From Anthoceros angustus (Eukaryota > Plantae > Anthocerotophyta), in assembly GCA_010909165.1 (NCBI GenBank), contig VJWM01000253.1:1-64000 (forward strand): a DNA stretch of 64,000 bases, written 5' to 3'. A model generated the notes under the pieces. It did not search any database. It saw nothing but the letters and a program-made list of their open reading frames with translations, and was not told where the DNA came from. Each line of letters opens with the position of its first letter. The stretch's first letter is position 1. Below, piece by piece: positions 9,883 through 22,063 of the stretch. The translations under genes and the position numbers were made by a program.

Positions 9883-10933
9883 CGTCGATATTTTATATTG
9901 CATAGATTTTCATGAAAGGTATCACTATTAAGAAGTGCGGGATGCGACAATGTGCATAATCTAATATGTCTACCATATATAGATCTTACATTATCGCCCT
10001 ACATTTCTCGAGTTTCTTTCCTTCATCAAAATAGCAAATTAGTTTTTAGTGCCAATTCCACGGATGGGAATTTCTTAATTTTCCATTGGCACACAAAAGC
10101 GTTTATTGCGCAATCTTGAGAGATGCGAGAATATATCTTTGGTGCAAAATGTCTCGTCGGAAGAAATAGGACAGTTTTCTTCAACTTTAGGGAAAGGGAT
10201 CGCGAGGCGTTCAACAAATTCCCACAATTCTCAAGTGACCGAGAACTTCAGGCCCAGCCCCAGGCGTCAAAGGCGCCAGTGCTCCAAATTATCACGACAT
10301 AGAAGTCAGTTAAGGATACCGCCTAGCGGACGGCGACACCCAAGCGATCGTGAACTCATCTAGGCACAACCGCGGTGGAAGCCTCCGGCTCACTTGCTTG
10401 TAGGTGCGATGAACCGATTGCTAACTTAGGAGACCTCCAAGTGATCTTTTACAGGGCATACGAGCCTTGAACACAATATCTTACAGGCAAATTTTCCGGA
10501 AATCAACGAGATTAAGGAACAATTGAGTGCCTTGGTTAAGAGATTCGGTGAGGATTTTGAGATTAGCGATGGCCCCATAGCCACGGCTGTCGGCGCACCA
10601 TCCATGACTGGCGGCGCCGCCCGATCACTTTGCTAAAATCTGCAACAAAGCAAAGGGAGATCCGAGCGTCGCGAGTAGGGTTTCTTCTGCATCTGCGAAG
10701 GGGCGGCAGCGTGAGCATCGATCTAAAGACGGGCTCTCCAAGCGGCAAGCAGGCGGGACTCCAAGCGGCACCAACCGCCGGTTCGTCCTTCAACCGCCCT
10801 CGACATCGTCGAATCCGTCTCGCCGACACACAAGCGGAGAAGGAACACTTTGCACGAAAACATGGCTGAAAATTAAGACACGGGCGATGGTGATGATCTT
10901 GGGCTCTCGGCGGAATCCAGAGTTTCTTGCGCG

Positions 10934-12300
10934 ATGCCGGGTGGCGCCTCCGGCCAGGCGGCTTCACCGCATCCACCGGCCAGGCGCTTTTATACCGGGC
11001 TCTCCAACAAATGGGCGTTGGGAACCTTCATGCCTGCGGAAACGGCGGAACCAACAACAACTCCGGCAATTCCGTGGCACCATAGGTCGAGCAATCCGGC
11101 ATTTACAACTTTGCTTGACGTACTTTACCTCATTGGATCCGGAGCCCTTCCCTCCGTCCATGCACTGGTGCCTTTTCCTACCCAAGTTTCTCCAGCCGCG
11201 TATTTCAACCATCCCCGGGCGGGATATGGGAATCCTTTGCCTACATCAGGAGCTGGATTCGCCAATCCCCTGCCGGGATATGGAGTCGGATATGGAAATC
11301 CCGTGAGTGGGCAAGGAACAGGGCTTGGACAAGGACCTCTGGCTGGGCAAGGACTTCCATTACCACCTCTGCCAAACACATCGTTGGCACAGCAGGCTGC
11401 CTTGATGCCACCCTTCTCCACATACCAACCAACATACACAATAGAGTTCAAGGAACGTGACAGGTTCAATGGAACTAAATACCCTGTGTGGAGCGTCCGC
11501 ATGCGTGCAGCCCTTGATGCTCGGCATGTGTGGAGCGTTGTGAGCGGGCAGTTCCAACAACCAGCTTCTACTTCTCCTCCACCTGACCAGGACAGATGGG
11601 AGAATGCCAACCGTCGCCACGCGCGCCTGTAAGTGGCACGGGCGAGGTGTTAGTACCTGATGTGGCTTTCCTCACCAAGGCTGAAGACATCTGGACACAA
11701 GCAGCGTCGGCGTGAAGAACGTGCTTACCCTGCATCTTTGTCGAGCGAACTCTTCACTCTTCGCATGCGTGAAGGGAAAAGGTTCTTTACCGTGATGAAG
11801 TTGAACAACTTGAGCCAACTGATCTCTCTTGGCTTTCCCATGCCGAACTTGATGCGGTTGTACGACTTCTAACAGCCTTCTGCGCTACCGGTCACACGAT
11901 TGGTGCCACCTCGAGGGGCAAAAGCTCTGGCAGACAACGATCATGATCAACTGCGGATGTTGTTGGCGCCCTCTTTCAAGAAGAAGCGATCCGTCAACTC
12001 CATTCCAACTACGTCGCATCAAAGCGACAAGTACTTTTAAAATTCAAACCACAAGCGAGGCAAAAACTTGCAGAATGGGTCTTGAAGATTCAAGGCTGGA
12101 ATGATCAAAACAAGGCTCTTGCAATTGGTGTGGTTCTCTCGATCACAGGGAGTGTAGAAAAAAGTCCGAGAACCCAAAAGGCCGAGAAAGCTAGCAAGGC
12201 GTTTGAGGCTCATGCGGTTTCCAAGGACAAGCCAACAAAGGCCTCTTCCTTTCAAGCAACCCGTGGTGCTTGGTTTGCTGCTTCCGAGCTTGATGATGCA
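10934..12300 (+). pseudogene. gag: Copia-2 gag (frameshifted)
   Basis: ORF 10934-11632 contains FKERDRFNGTKYPVWSVRMRAALDARHVWSVVSG, typical of the copia gag N-terminus. Further pieces (ELFTLRMREG) follow. The true start may lie further upstream. Confidence 0.8.
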
Positions 12301-15300
12301 CAGTATCTCGATTCGAGAACAACGACTGCGTTTGCCATAATAGAAAATTGATCACAAATTTCACCTCTTCATACTTGAAAGAATCCTTCCGGGAGATGAA
12401 CTCACGAGGACAGTCTAAAATTCTTGGTGGTGCTCTTGCTCTTTCCGGCGATGAATGGCGGATCTTCCAGACTGACAATGTCCTCTTTGTACCTGACATG
12501 GCAAAGCACCTACTCTCATTAGCGAGTTGATGCAGCTCAAGAATTTAGAGCTTAAATTCACTGCTACTGGATGGACACTTAGCGAGTCTAGATTCTCCTC
12601 TGTTGTTGCCCAGGGCTTACTTGTGCAGGATCTATACAGGCTAGACATGCAGTGTCTCCCTGTTAAAAGTGTCCATCTGTTGCTCGGTCTCGGTCATTTA
12701 GCACAACTCACAGCATGCCGTCTTGGTCATGCTAACAAGGATAAGTTGGTTAAGATGTCCAACACAGAATGTTATCGGAGCCTCTTCCCAAATGCTTCCA
12801 AGACCTTCCTCTTTGTGATGCATGCATAGTGGCCAAGCAAAAGAGTTACCATTCCTACTACTCGGCTCATAGGTCTTACGCTATCTGGACCTAGTGCATG
12901 CGCATCATCTCGGAAGATTCATGCGGTCCTTGGGAGGTTCTCTTTACTACCTCACACTTACGGATTTTAGTGTATTCTTGGACATACCCACTCCAAAATC
13001 GGATACTTTCCTGCTATTCCAAGAGTGGCTCACAATGATACAGAGACAGACTGGGACTCACCTTCGCTGCTTAAGATCAGATAACGGCACAGAGTTCGTA
13101 AATGCTGTATTCGATGAGTATCTTGCTCAGTCTTTGTCGCCCATCGATTATTCCATATACCCGACAGAATGGGGTAGCGAGCACAATCAGACTCTCCTCA
13201 GTATGACCCGGAGTATGTTGGCCTCGGGGGCTCGATGGCTCTTGGGCGGGCGGTTGTCACGCCACCTATATTCTCAATCGGCTACTCACCTGCGGTCCGG
13301 CCGGACTCCCGAGATGATGCAGGGCGCAAACCTAGTTTGCTTCACCTTGATATTCGGTTCACACTATGCTTACATCCATGAAGAGCAGTAGAAGCTTGAG
13401 GATAGGGCTCGACCTCTCGTGTTTGTTGGTTATGGTGAGGAGACAAAAGCCTATAAGCTCTATGATCCTCACTCCAGGTCTTCTATATTTGCCCGTAGTG
13501 TCACCTTCAAGGAACTGCAGGCTCCTCCTTCTTTGACTACCACTTCAGCAGCCTGTCCCTTGGACCCTGATGATTTTGATGAATTCCCCTCTGAATATCC
13601 TCAAGATGCTGCATATGAACCGCCTCCTGCCCCTCGTTTTGATCAACAGGCTACCGGTTCAGGGGGTGAAAATGCAGCTCAGTCATCAGCACAATTTGTC
13701 CCTGTGCCTGTACACCAACCACAACCGTTGCCTGCAGCACCTGGACAGTTTATACTAGCGGATGTTATGGACCAGGTTGATGTTTACGTTCCCTATACGA
13801 CATGTGGTACACTCTCCTCGAACATGAGCTCGAGGGGTCCATGCGGATACAGTGCAGGCCCGAAGATCTTTCATGTCGTGGAACTCTGAGCAATTAGTTG
13901 CAGAACCCGATGAGCTAGAGGCTGTTGAGGAACCAGCCCCAGAACCTGAACCAGTTGTTGAAGAGCGGAGGTATCCCAATAGATCTCGTCCATCAAGGGA
14001 AAATTGGAACACAAGGCCCTATGAATCTGAGGATTTCAGGATTCCTCGATCTGCTCGATTTTGTGAAGTTCTCTCCACCAGCACCATCCACCCAGCAGAA
14101 CCTCGCACATATCAGGAGGCAATAACTGGTCAGGATAAACACCACTGGCTTCCTTCAATTCAGGATGAATACAATTCGCTGATAAAGAATGGGACATGGG
14201 AGCTTTGTCCTTTACCTGCTGGGAGGAGGACGGTTAGCTGCAAGTGGGTATTTAAACACAAGCTGAATGCTCAAAGAGAAATAGCACGATATAAGTCACG
14301 TTTGGTTGCTCGGGGTTTCTCCCAAGTTGTAGCGTAGACTTCAGGCGTTGACCACATTGTCAAGACACGATCAATCGAGAATGATGTTAGCTCTAGCGAC
14401 TGCAGGCGGGATCTTGAACAAATGGACGTTTCAACCGCCTTTCTGTATGGAGAGCTTGAAGAAGACATATACATGGATCAGCCTGAGGGTTTCGTGGATC
14501 CTGAACATCCAGATTGGGTTTGCAGGCTCAAGAAAACTCTATACGGCTTGAAGCAAAGTGCTCGTGAATGGTACAAGTGTATAGACAAGTATCTCAAGTC
14601 GATAGGTTTCATCCAGAACTCAGCTGATGCCAACGTGTACATATATTCCAAAGGAGGTTACTTGGTCATCCTAGCACTTTATGTTGGCGATGCTATCATC
14701 GGCAAACAACAAAACTCTTGGATTGGGTGAAGGTATGTTACTGGCGAACGACATGAAAGACATTGGACAACTTACCTTTGTCCTTGGCGTTGTTGCGAGA
14801 GATAGACCTTGAGCACTTGTCACCGCAGGACTAAGTACATTGGCGGAAACTCTTGACGTTTCAATCTGCGGATGCTAAGCACATAAGCACACGAGAAGTG
14901 TTGGGGTTAAACTCTACGCTCATGAGTCCACAAGGCGATATGAGCGTGAAGCTATAGGCAGTTCATTGCTCCGGCCTGGGTTGTCTCAACTACATTAGGC
15001 TGTTGGACAAGGCGGGCATCCGGCACTCCGTTGGTCAGGTTTCTCAATATCTTGAGAATCCGGGCCCCGAACTTGGATGGCGGTTAAAAGGATCCTCCGA
15101 TACCTTAAAGGCACATCTACTTTGGATTATGTTTCCGGAGCGACAATGCCATCACTCTTGAGGATACGGATCTTGGTAGGGCCAGCGGCCCGGATCAACG
15201 CAAGAGCATCTCGTATTGTTTCATGCTATCGTGCATTTATCATTTGAGTTCCTCGATACCTCGGTTTGTGAAGTTCTCTCCACGGCACCATCCAGTGAAC

Positions 15301-16760
15301 TCTCGCACATATCGGAGGCAATAAGCTGAGTCGGGATAAACACCACTGGCTTCCTTCAATTCGGGATGAATACAATTGATAAAGAATGGGACATGGGAGC
15401 TTTGTCCTTCTTTGGGAGGAGGCGGTTAGGCGCAAGTGGGTATTTAAACACCTGGTGAATGCCGGGGAGAAATAGCCTCGATATAAGTCACGTTTGGTTG
15501 CTGGGGTTTCTCCCAAGTTGCGTGAACTTAGACTTAGGCGTTGACCCTTGTCAAGACGATCAATCGAGAATGATGTTAGCTCTAGCGGTGCAGGGGCGGG
15601 ATCTTGAACAAATGGAGCGTTTCAACCGCCTTTACGTATGGAGAGCTTGAAGAAGACATACATGGATCGACTGAGGGTTCGTGGATCACGAACATCCAGG
15701 GCCCGGGTTTGCGAGGGCTCAAGAAAACTCTATCTGACGAAGCAAAGTGCTCGTAGATGGTACAAGTGTATGAACAAGTACCTCAAGTCGATAGGTTTCA
15801 TCCGAACTCGGTGATGCCAGCGTGTACATATATTCCAAAGGAGGTTACTTGGTCATCCTAGCACTTTATGTTGGCGATGCTATCATCGGCAAACAACAAA
15901 ACTCTTGGATTGGGTGAAGGTATGTTACTGGCGAACGACATGAAAGACATTGGACAACTTACCTTTGTCCTTGGCGTTGTTGCGAGAGATAGACCTTGAG
16001 CACTTGTCACCGCAGGACTAAGTACATTGGCGGAAACTCTTGACGTTTCAATCTGCGGATGCTAAGCACATAAGCACACGAGAAGTGTTGGGGTTAAACT
16101 CTACGCTCATGAGTCCACAAGGCGATATGAGCGTGAAGCTATAGGCAGTTCATTGCTCCGGCCTGGGTTGTCTCAACTACATTAGCTGTTGGACAAGGCG
16201 GGCATCCGGCACTCCGTTGGTCAGGTTTCTCAATATCTTGAGAATCCGGGCCCCGAACTTGGATGGCGGTTAAAAGGATCCTCCGATACCTTAAAGGCAC
16301 ATCTACTTTCGGATTATGTTTCCAGGGCACTGACAATGCCATCACTCTTGAGGATACGGATCTTGGTAGGGCCAGCGGCCCGGATCAACGCAAGAGCATC
16401 TCGTATTGTTTCATGCTATCGTGCATTTATCATTTGAGTTCTAAAAGCGAGACATCCATACATCATCCACGGAGGCCGAATACAAAGCACTTACAGACTC
16501 GTGAGGAGGTTTGAATGGGGACTTTTCTAGCGGTTTGGGCTTTCCATGATCGATTCCCACAACCATCTTACTGCGACAACATGTCTACTATCGCTTTGGT
16601 GGGAATCCGGCGTTTTCATCGCGCACTAAGCATGAAATTCACCATCACTCGTCGGACATTATGGGCGCCAGGTGATCAAAATCCGGCACATATCAGCGGT
16701 GAATAAATGGCGATGCTTACAAAACTTACCGACAAGCAAGCATGTTTTCATATGGAGCCT
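12300..16760 (+). pseudogene. pol: Copia-2 pol (protease, integrase, RT with a duplicated segment, RNase H)
   Basis: YLDS (protease); LRCLRSDNGTEF (integrase); FVGYGEETKAYKLYDP; EPRTYQEA..GTWEL..CKWVFK..YKSRLVARGFSQ; [24 protein letters not shown]; [12 protein letters not shown]; YCDNMSTIAL (RNase H). Confidence 0.92.
14043..16440 (+). repeat. ~1.2-kb tandem duplication of the RT region inside copia-2
   Basis: 14043-~15250 is repeated at ~15251-16440. Junction CATTTGAGTT|CCTCGAT with TTC microhomology. Confidence 0.9.
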
Positions 16761-17202
16761 TGGGCACGGTGAGTACTCTTCTTACTTGCCTTGACATCCA
16801 GGTGAATGCTCCAGGTGCTAGACGGATGAAGCTCCTTTGCCTATCTAATCATTTGGCACCCAGCTGCAATCTATTTTGGCAATGGGACTTTGGCGACCTT
16901 CTCATTTGGTCTTCGGTGCCTCATCGATCCTCGGGGAGGCTTGCTTCTTCACTGGTCTCATTGCCACGCCGGCAGCGATTTTGCTTGACTGCCATCTCGA
17001 TTCGTTGCTCTGTCGCATAGCCTAATCCGCTTTCTTCATCACGTCTTTGCGGTGATTTTTAAATGCTTTGGCGCCTTTCTGCTCCTCTTTCGATGCAGTA
17101 CGCGGTACAATCGCCCAGTGCAATTCGCCATACGGCGGTGTTTCCGCCATCTGGGTCCTCGGTCTCGGTTGGTAGGCTAACCCGGCGTTGTAGTTAAGGG
17201 TG

Positions 17203-17389
17203 TGTTAAAACCCCGAGGGTTATTAGTAACCACGGGCACTAGTTACCTAGCTACCTAGATTAAGGGTTATATATATAATGAAGGTTGTGTAGTAATCTTT
17301 CGGGGTTTAGTATATAAGGACACCTCTTTGTAAACTTATTATATAATTGTTGTTATCAAGTTTCTTTGTCTCTCTCTAGCATTTCATCA
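17203..17389 (+). repeat. Copia-2 3' LTR
   Basis: TGTTAAAACCCCGAGGG...TTTCATCA, preceded by short purine tract TAAGGGTG. Confidence 0.93.
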
Positions 17390-20368
17390 TAATCGAGATG
17401 GATCATGTACACAGCCAGGGAGGTCGTGTAATCCTTCCTAACCTCTGAGCACGAGCACCTCTATAGGTGCTTGTTCAACTCTTAGTTCATCTAGGTGGAG
17501 GAATGTGCTCTGCATTAGCAGGTATCAACTGCCCTTGATGATCATGTCCATCTTCTTGGAAGATCACCCTTAGCACCTCCAGTTGGAGTAGGCTTCATGC
17601 ATCTTGTTCTCATTGAAGAACACGTCGTTGAAATCTGAACAACCTTTCTAGCCTCTGGATCCCACAAGCGGTATCCCATCTCACGGAATCCACCATAAAA
17701 ATACATTTCTTGGACTTGGGTGCCAACTTGTCGAAACTCTTTTGGAACATGGCGGTATGCCTCACAAACACTCGCAGATGCTTGTAGGATGGTTTCTTTC
17801 GGACCATAGCTCCTCTGGAACTGCTTTCGTCATGACCTTATTATGGGAATCATTAATAAGATGAAGCTGCGATGAACCGCTTCCACGCCCAAAACCCATT
17901 AGGCAATCGAGTTTGACAACAAACTCGCATCCTCTCAGAATGGTTACATTCATCCGCTCGGCCACACCATTTTGTGGAGGAGTATCTGGTGATCAATTCT
18001 CTTTTGATTCCCTTGGAATCACGGAATGTGAAGCTTTCGAAACATACTCTCCACCATTATACGTCACGAGACACTTCAATCGGTGTTGATTCTCTACAAG
18101 GGTGACAAATTTGAAACACCGTCGAACTTCATCCTTTTCCTCAAGGATAAACCCACACCTTGCGTGAAATCATCTATGAAAGTGACAAAAGTAGGAGGCA
18201 CCACCTAATGATGCGGTTGGCATAGGTCACATACATCCGTGAACCAACTCAAGGGTTTACTTCTACTTTTACCTCGTGTTCGATGTGATGATTTTGTCAT
18301 TTCCCATATAAGCGTGCTCACACATCGAGAGATCGGAGAAGTTAAACGAGGATATAACGAGCGAGATAAAACCTTCATTCCTTAAGGGCATATGTCCTAG
18401 CAAGCAATACCACAAAACATTTGGTTGCTCATCACTTGAATCCACGATCTTTGGCGTGTTTACGAAGTGAGTACAAAGTGCCACACTTGATCCACGAGCT
18501 AACATAAGAGAACCTTTGGAGATCTTCCAAGAGTGATCCCCAAAACCAGCGGTGGTAACCGCATCATCCAAGCATCTGCGCTAATCATGCTCTTTGTCAA
18601 CTTGAACATGCCTAACGTCCTTCACATGAATGAAGATCCGTTGTCAAACTTGAGTTGCACATCACCTCGCTGCGATCCATGCATAGTTATTTCCAAGCCT
18701 AACGCATCCTTTCCTTGTAGCATCATCGTGTTAAACCACTCTCTATGAGTAACATGGAAAGATGCACCGAGTCAATTATCCAATTGCGGAATAAATGACT
18801 ATCCACGTGGTAATGCGGCATTCAAGTAAGAAGAGATAAGGACATCTCCGTCCTCAGAGTTTAACTCTTCCAACTGAAGTCGCCTTCTTGTCGTCCTTCT
18901 TCTCTTTTCCTTGGTCCTTTTGAACTTCTCGCACTCTCTTTTAGTGACCCCTTTTGTGACAATAGTGACACTCCACATTCTTGTTACGACTACGAGATTT
19001 GCTACGAGAAAAGCTTATCCGGTTGCTTCCCCGCATGGGTGGACCTCCCTCTCACTATGAGGGCACCGGAACCTTTGGAAGGTTCCATGTTTTTCTCACC
19101 TCCTCGGTTAACGCTACCTTCTACATTTACAATGGTAAGACCACTAGCGAGTAATTACTCAGGCATGAAAGGTATCCCAACTCTCGTAATGTGACCAGCG
19201 AAACATAGCTCTCACGGAATAAGGAACGTGATACCTTGAGATGAGGCTGAAAATGGTATTGAAATCATTCGGATGATCGGACATCCTCGTCCCTTCCTTC
19301 ATCTTCAAGTCCACCGGTTGTTTCAACCAACACGAAGCCGCACTTTGCTTCTCATACAGTCACACCGCCACGTCGTAACTCGTGGTCTTATCTTTCACAT
19401 TGAAGTACCTTTGACAATGTTAGCATGATAGTAGATCTAGCAAGCTCATCCAGTCCGCCACTCATCACAGTCATACTATCGGTTTGGCTAACAACTTTAT
19501 GGGCTTGATCGCTTTTACGCACTAGAACATTATACACTTGTTCTTTCCGAGCGGGAAGTTAGTACCATCTAACTTCGATATTGTAGCGTTTTCTAATGAT
19601 GACATCATGACTCAAAAATCGTCTGACATAAAACATTCGACGCCTTGTCGGAAAAGTCAAAGAAAAGCGATCACGTCAGTGCATGTATTTTGCCGTTGTA
19701 TTCCACTGATAATATTTTAATTTTACGCTCCACCGTTTCGCAACTTCTGTCTTTGCCCGCGCCTGCCACCGCACGTCTGCCGACCACGCGCCCGCAGCCA
19801 CCCGGCGCCCTCGCTGGACCCGCAGCCGCCAGCGATCGGTCGCACCCCGCCGCGGCCGGCGCCCGCCTCTGCATGCGTGGCCCGGCGTCGCGCCTGCGGG
19901 GCGCGGCGCCCGTGCGTCTGCAGGCCCAGCGATGCGCCCGCGCTCCAGCGCCTTTACTGGCTGGCGCGCCCAGCGTCCGTGCTGGCGGCCTGCGCCCGGC
20001 GTCGCGCTTTCGCGCCCGTGCCTGCAGGCGCCGCGCGCCGCGCAGCGCGGCGCCCGCGGCACCTTACCGCGTTCGGCCCGGCAGCGCGGCGTCCGTCTTG
20101 CCCAGCGGCCAGCTGCGCCCGCCAGCGACCCGGCGCCGTCGCCGGCCTCCGCCCGTGCTGCCGCGGCCGCGCCCGGCGTCGCGCGGCCTCCGCGGCCAAG
20201 GCCTCGCGCGCGGCACTGACTGGCAGGGTGGCGGTGACCTTGCCTCGCTCGCGGCAAGCCGCTCACGGCTTCTTTGCGGATGGCGATCCTGCCCGATCTG
20301 GATCTGCAATTCCACGAGCTCACGCTGCTGCGGCTAGAAAATTCTAACATCACAACACAGCAAACCAT

Positions 20369-20381
20369 GGCTCTAATACCG
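20369..20381 (-). promoter_or_regulatory. Primer-binding site (tRNA-iMet-like) of copia-1
   Basis: Minus strand reads CGGTATTAGAGCC, adjacent to the LTR end ...TCCTTCAAC. Confidence 0.75.
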
Positions 20382-20697
20382 GTTGAAGGATGCGTGACAC
20401 ATGATGGTGGAAAGAGGAGAGGAGAGGAGGAGGCAAGTGTAGCTCTCTCACATTGAGATGAGGCTTGGAGGTATTTATACCCTCAATAGAACTCTAAGCT
20501 CCACAAGAAGCTCCTAGGAAGGAGCACAAGAAGCTTCCTAGTGATTAGCTTAGCTAAACTAATGATACTTATGACACCTAGCAGACTAAGTGTATTAGAC
20601 TAAGACAAAAAAAGCAAGTTGCCCATTACGCAGATTGCCAAAAGGCGGTTGATTCGGGCCCTTGTCGGGCTTCACGTTCTAGTCTTGGTGTTCAACT
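20382..20697 (-). repeat. Copia-1 5' LTR
   Basis: Termini GTTGAAGG...GTTCAAC (TGTTG..CAACA type) next to the PBS; TATAAATA on the minus strand at ~20472-20479. No partner LTR in the window. Confidence 0.65.
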
Positions 20698-21039
20698 ATT
20701 TAGTGCGCGCAGTGTATTTGAGTTTCCCGAATGTGAGAAATGATCCGAATGGGCTGGGTGATTGACATGTTATCAATACAGGAGGGCCTCGTATAAAATA
20801 CTCCGTATTTTTATACGAAGTATGTCTGAGTATATGAACTACCATATCTGAGTTACTCTTTAAATTGCAAATATTTTACCACGGTATTTACTCATTCGAA
20901 CAACCCACGGACTTTACTGGCTAATCGTGGTTAAAAATAGCGGTTAGTTAACGAGATTAGCTAACTACTGATATAATGCTGCGATTAAGCGAGTGGTTTG
21001 GTTAATCTTATGTTGACCATAGTTAATTAACGATTACGT

Positions 21040-21350
21040 AATCCGGCTCGTTGTAAATTCCCGCTCATTCGTTGTAAATCTCTCGTTGTAGAAAAAGACC
21101 ACTGTAATATTTTTATAGTAAATATTCGTAGTAAAATCAAGTAGTAAGCGTGGTTAATATATGTAGTAAAATTCTATAGTAATCTGTGATAAAATTCTAA
21201 AATAATAATCGTAGTAAAGTCTATAGTAATAATCGTAGTAAAATTCTAAAAGTAATAATACCTCGTAAAATTCTATAGTAATAAGACGTAGTAAAATTCT
21301 TTGGTAAAAAGCCCGTAGTAGAATTCTATGGTAAAAAGCTCGTTGTAAGC
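21040..21350 (+). repeat. AT-rich tandem array of degenerate GTAGTAAAATTCTA units
   Basis: Repeated CGTAGTAAAATTCT(A)TAGTAAT units at roughly 30-bp spacing; same core and orientation as 2830-3230. Confidence 0.75.
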
Positions 21351-21399
21351 CATGGCGTTGCCCTTAGGAAACCAGGCATCCTACAGAAAATTTGCACAC

Positions 21400-22063
21400 C
21401 CAAAAAATGAGGTCCTGGAACAAGAATTTTCAGACCAATCAAGAGTAACATTGAAATGATGAAAACAACAGCATCAGACTCTAACCTTAATCATGCTGAG
21501 ACTTCCTCAGCATCCTTGGCCACTTTGCGGGGAAGGTAGTGCCCAACCATCCAGACATTTTTTTTCAAAATGGCATCCATGCCTTACCGCCGCATTCGCC
21601 GGTTGGGTAACGCCTCAACCAACGAGTTCCACACGTTAATAGCGATGTCAATCCCGATTGAGTTAACTGTGGACCCAAGAAGGACTTGTGATTTTAGAAT
21701 TCATCCAAAATCCTCGTGCCTTCACCGGATTTCGTAGGCTCAGCGGCTCGATCTCATCCACGGTTGGCTCCCTCCCAAACATTCCTCGACCCTATCCGAG
21801 AAAACCACGCTGCCCCCATGGCCAAAAGCATGCGTAGGTATTGCTTCCCATATCCTTCACCCTCTTCATGGCACTTTACTTTACAACGCTGAGCTACAAC
21901 ACCATCCATCTTCTTCTCCTTCTCCTCTCTTAAAACACCTCCCAGTACTACGATTTTACACTCTTGAACATAAGCGAGTTTTCTTCTTGCCCTCGAGAAA
22001 CTTTCGTGCCTCCTTCCTCACATTGTTCGCCAATGCTTGATTAGTGCCAAAAGCGCATCACAA
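21400..22063 (-). pseudogene. Fragment of a gypsy-type extra ORF from a third, older element, interrupted by gypsy A
   Basis: Minus strand KRVKDMGSNTYACFWPWGQRGF..RVEECL aligns by eye with WVYGR.(W/R)AY.NLE.IEEC of the family A and B extra ORFs. Confidence 0.4.

Larger units (their letters stand above)
9683..17389 (+). mobile_element. Copia-2, full-length Ty1/copia LTR retrotransposon nested in copia-1
   Basis: Two near-identical ~188-bp LTRs, Met PBS, gag-PR-INT-RT-RH order, and CATAA target-site duplication (9678-9682, 17388-17392; the right copy overlaps the LTR-terminal CA, probably a 2-nt drop-out). Confidence 0.93.
17390..20697 (-). mobile_element. Copia-1, 5' half (LTR, PBS, GC-rich leader, gag, protease, integrase)
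   Basis: Minus strand: ENATISKLDGTNF (gag, ~19600); ECHYCHKRGH..REC zinc knuckle (~18940-18975); WIIDS(G)ASFHVT protease (~18760-18790); TDVC..MPTASLGGASYFVTFIDDFTRKVWVY; QNGVAERMN; KLAPKSKKCIF. Removing copia-2 restores HLDYVMLTDCGEP across 17400/9682. Confidence 0.92.

Noticed and set aside
19645-20368. Long overlapping Ala/Arg/Pro-rich ORFs on both strands
   Set aside because: Expected from very high GC content (few stop codons); they lie in the copia-1 leader and have no recognisable motifs.
21040-21350. CRISPR-like repeat array
   Set aside because: Units are degenerate and tandem, without constant repeats separated by unique spacers; the context is eukaryotic.
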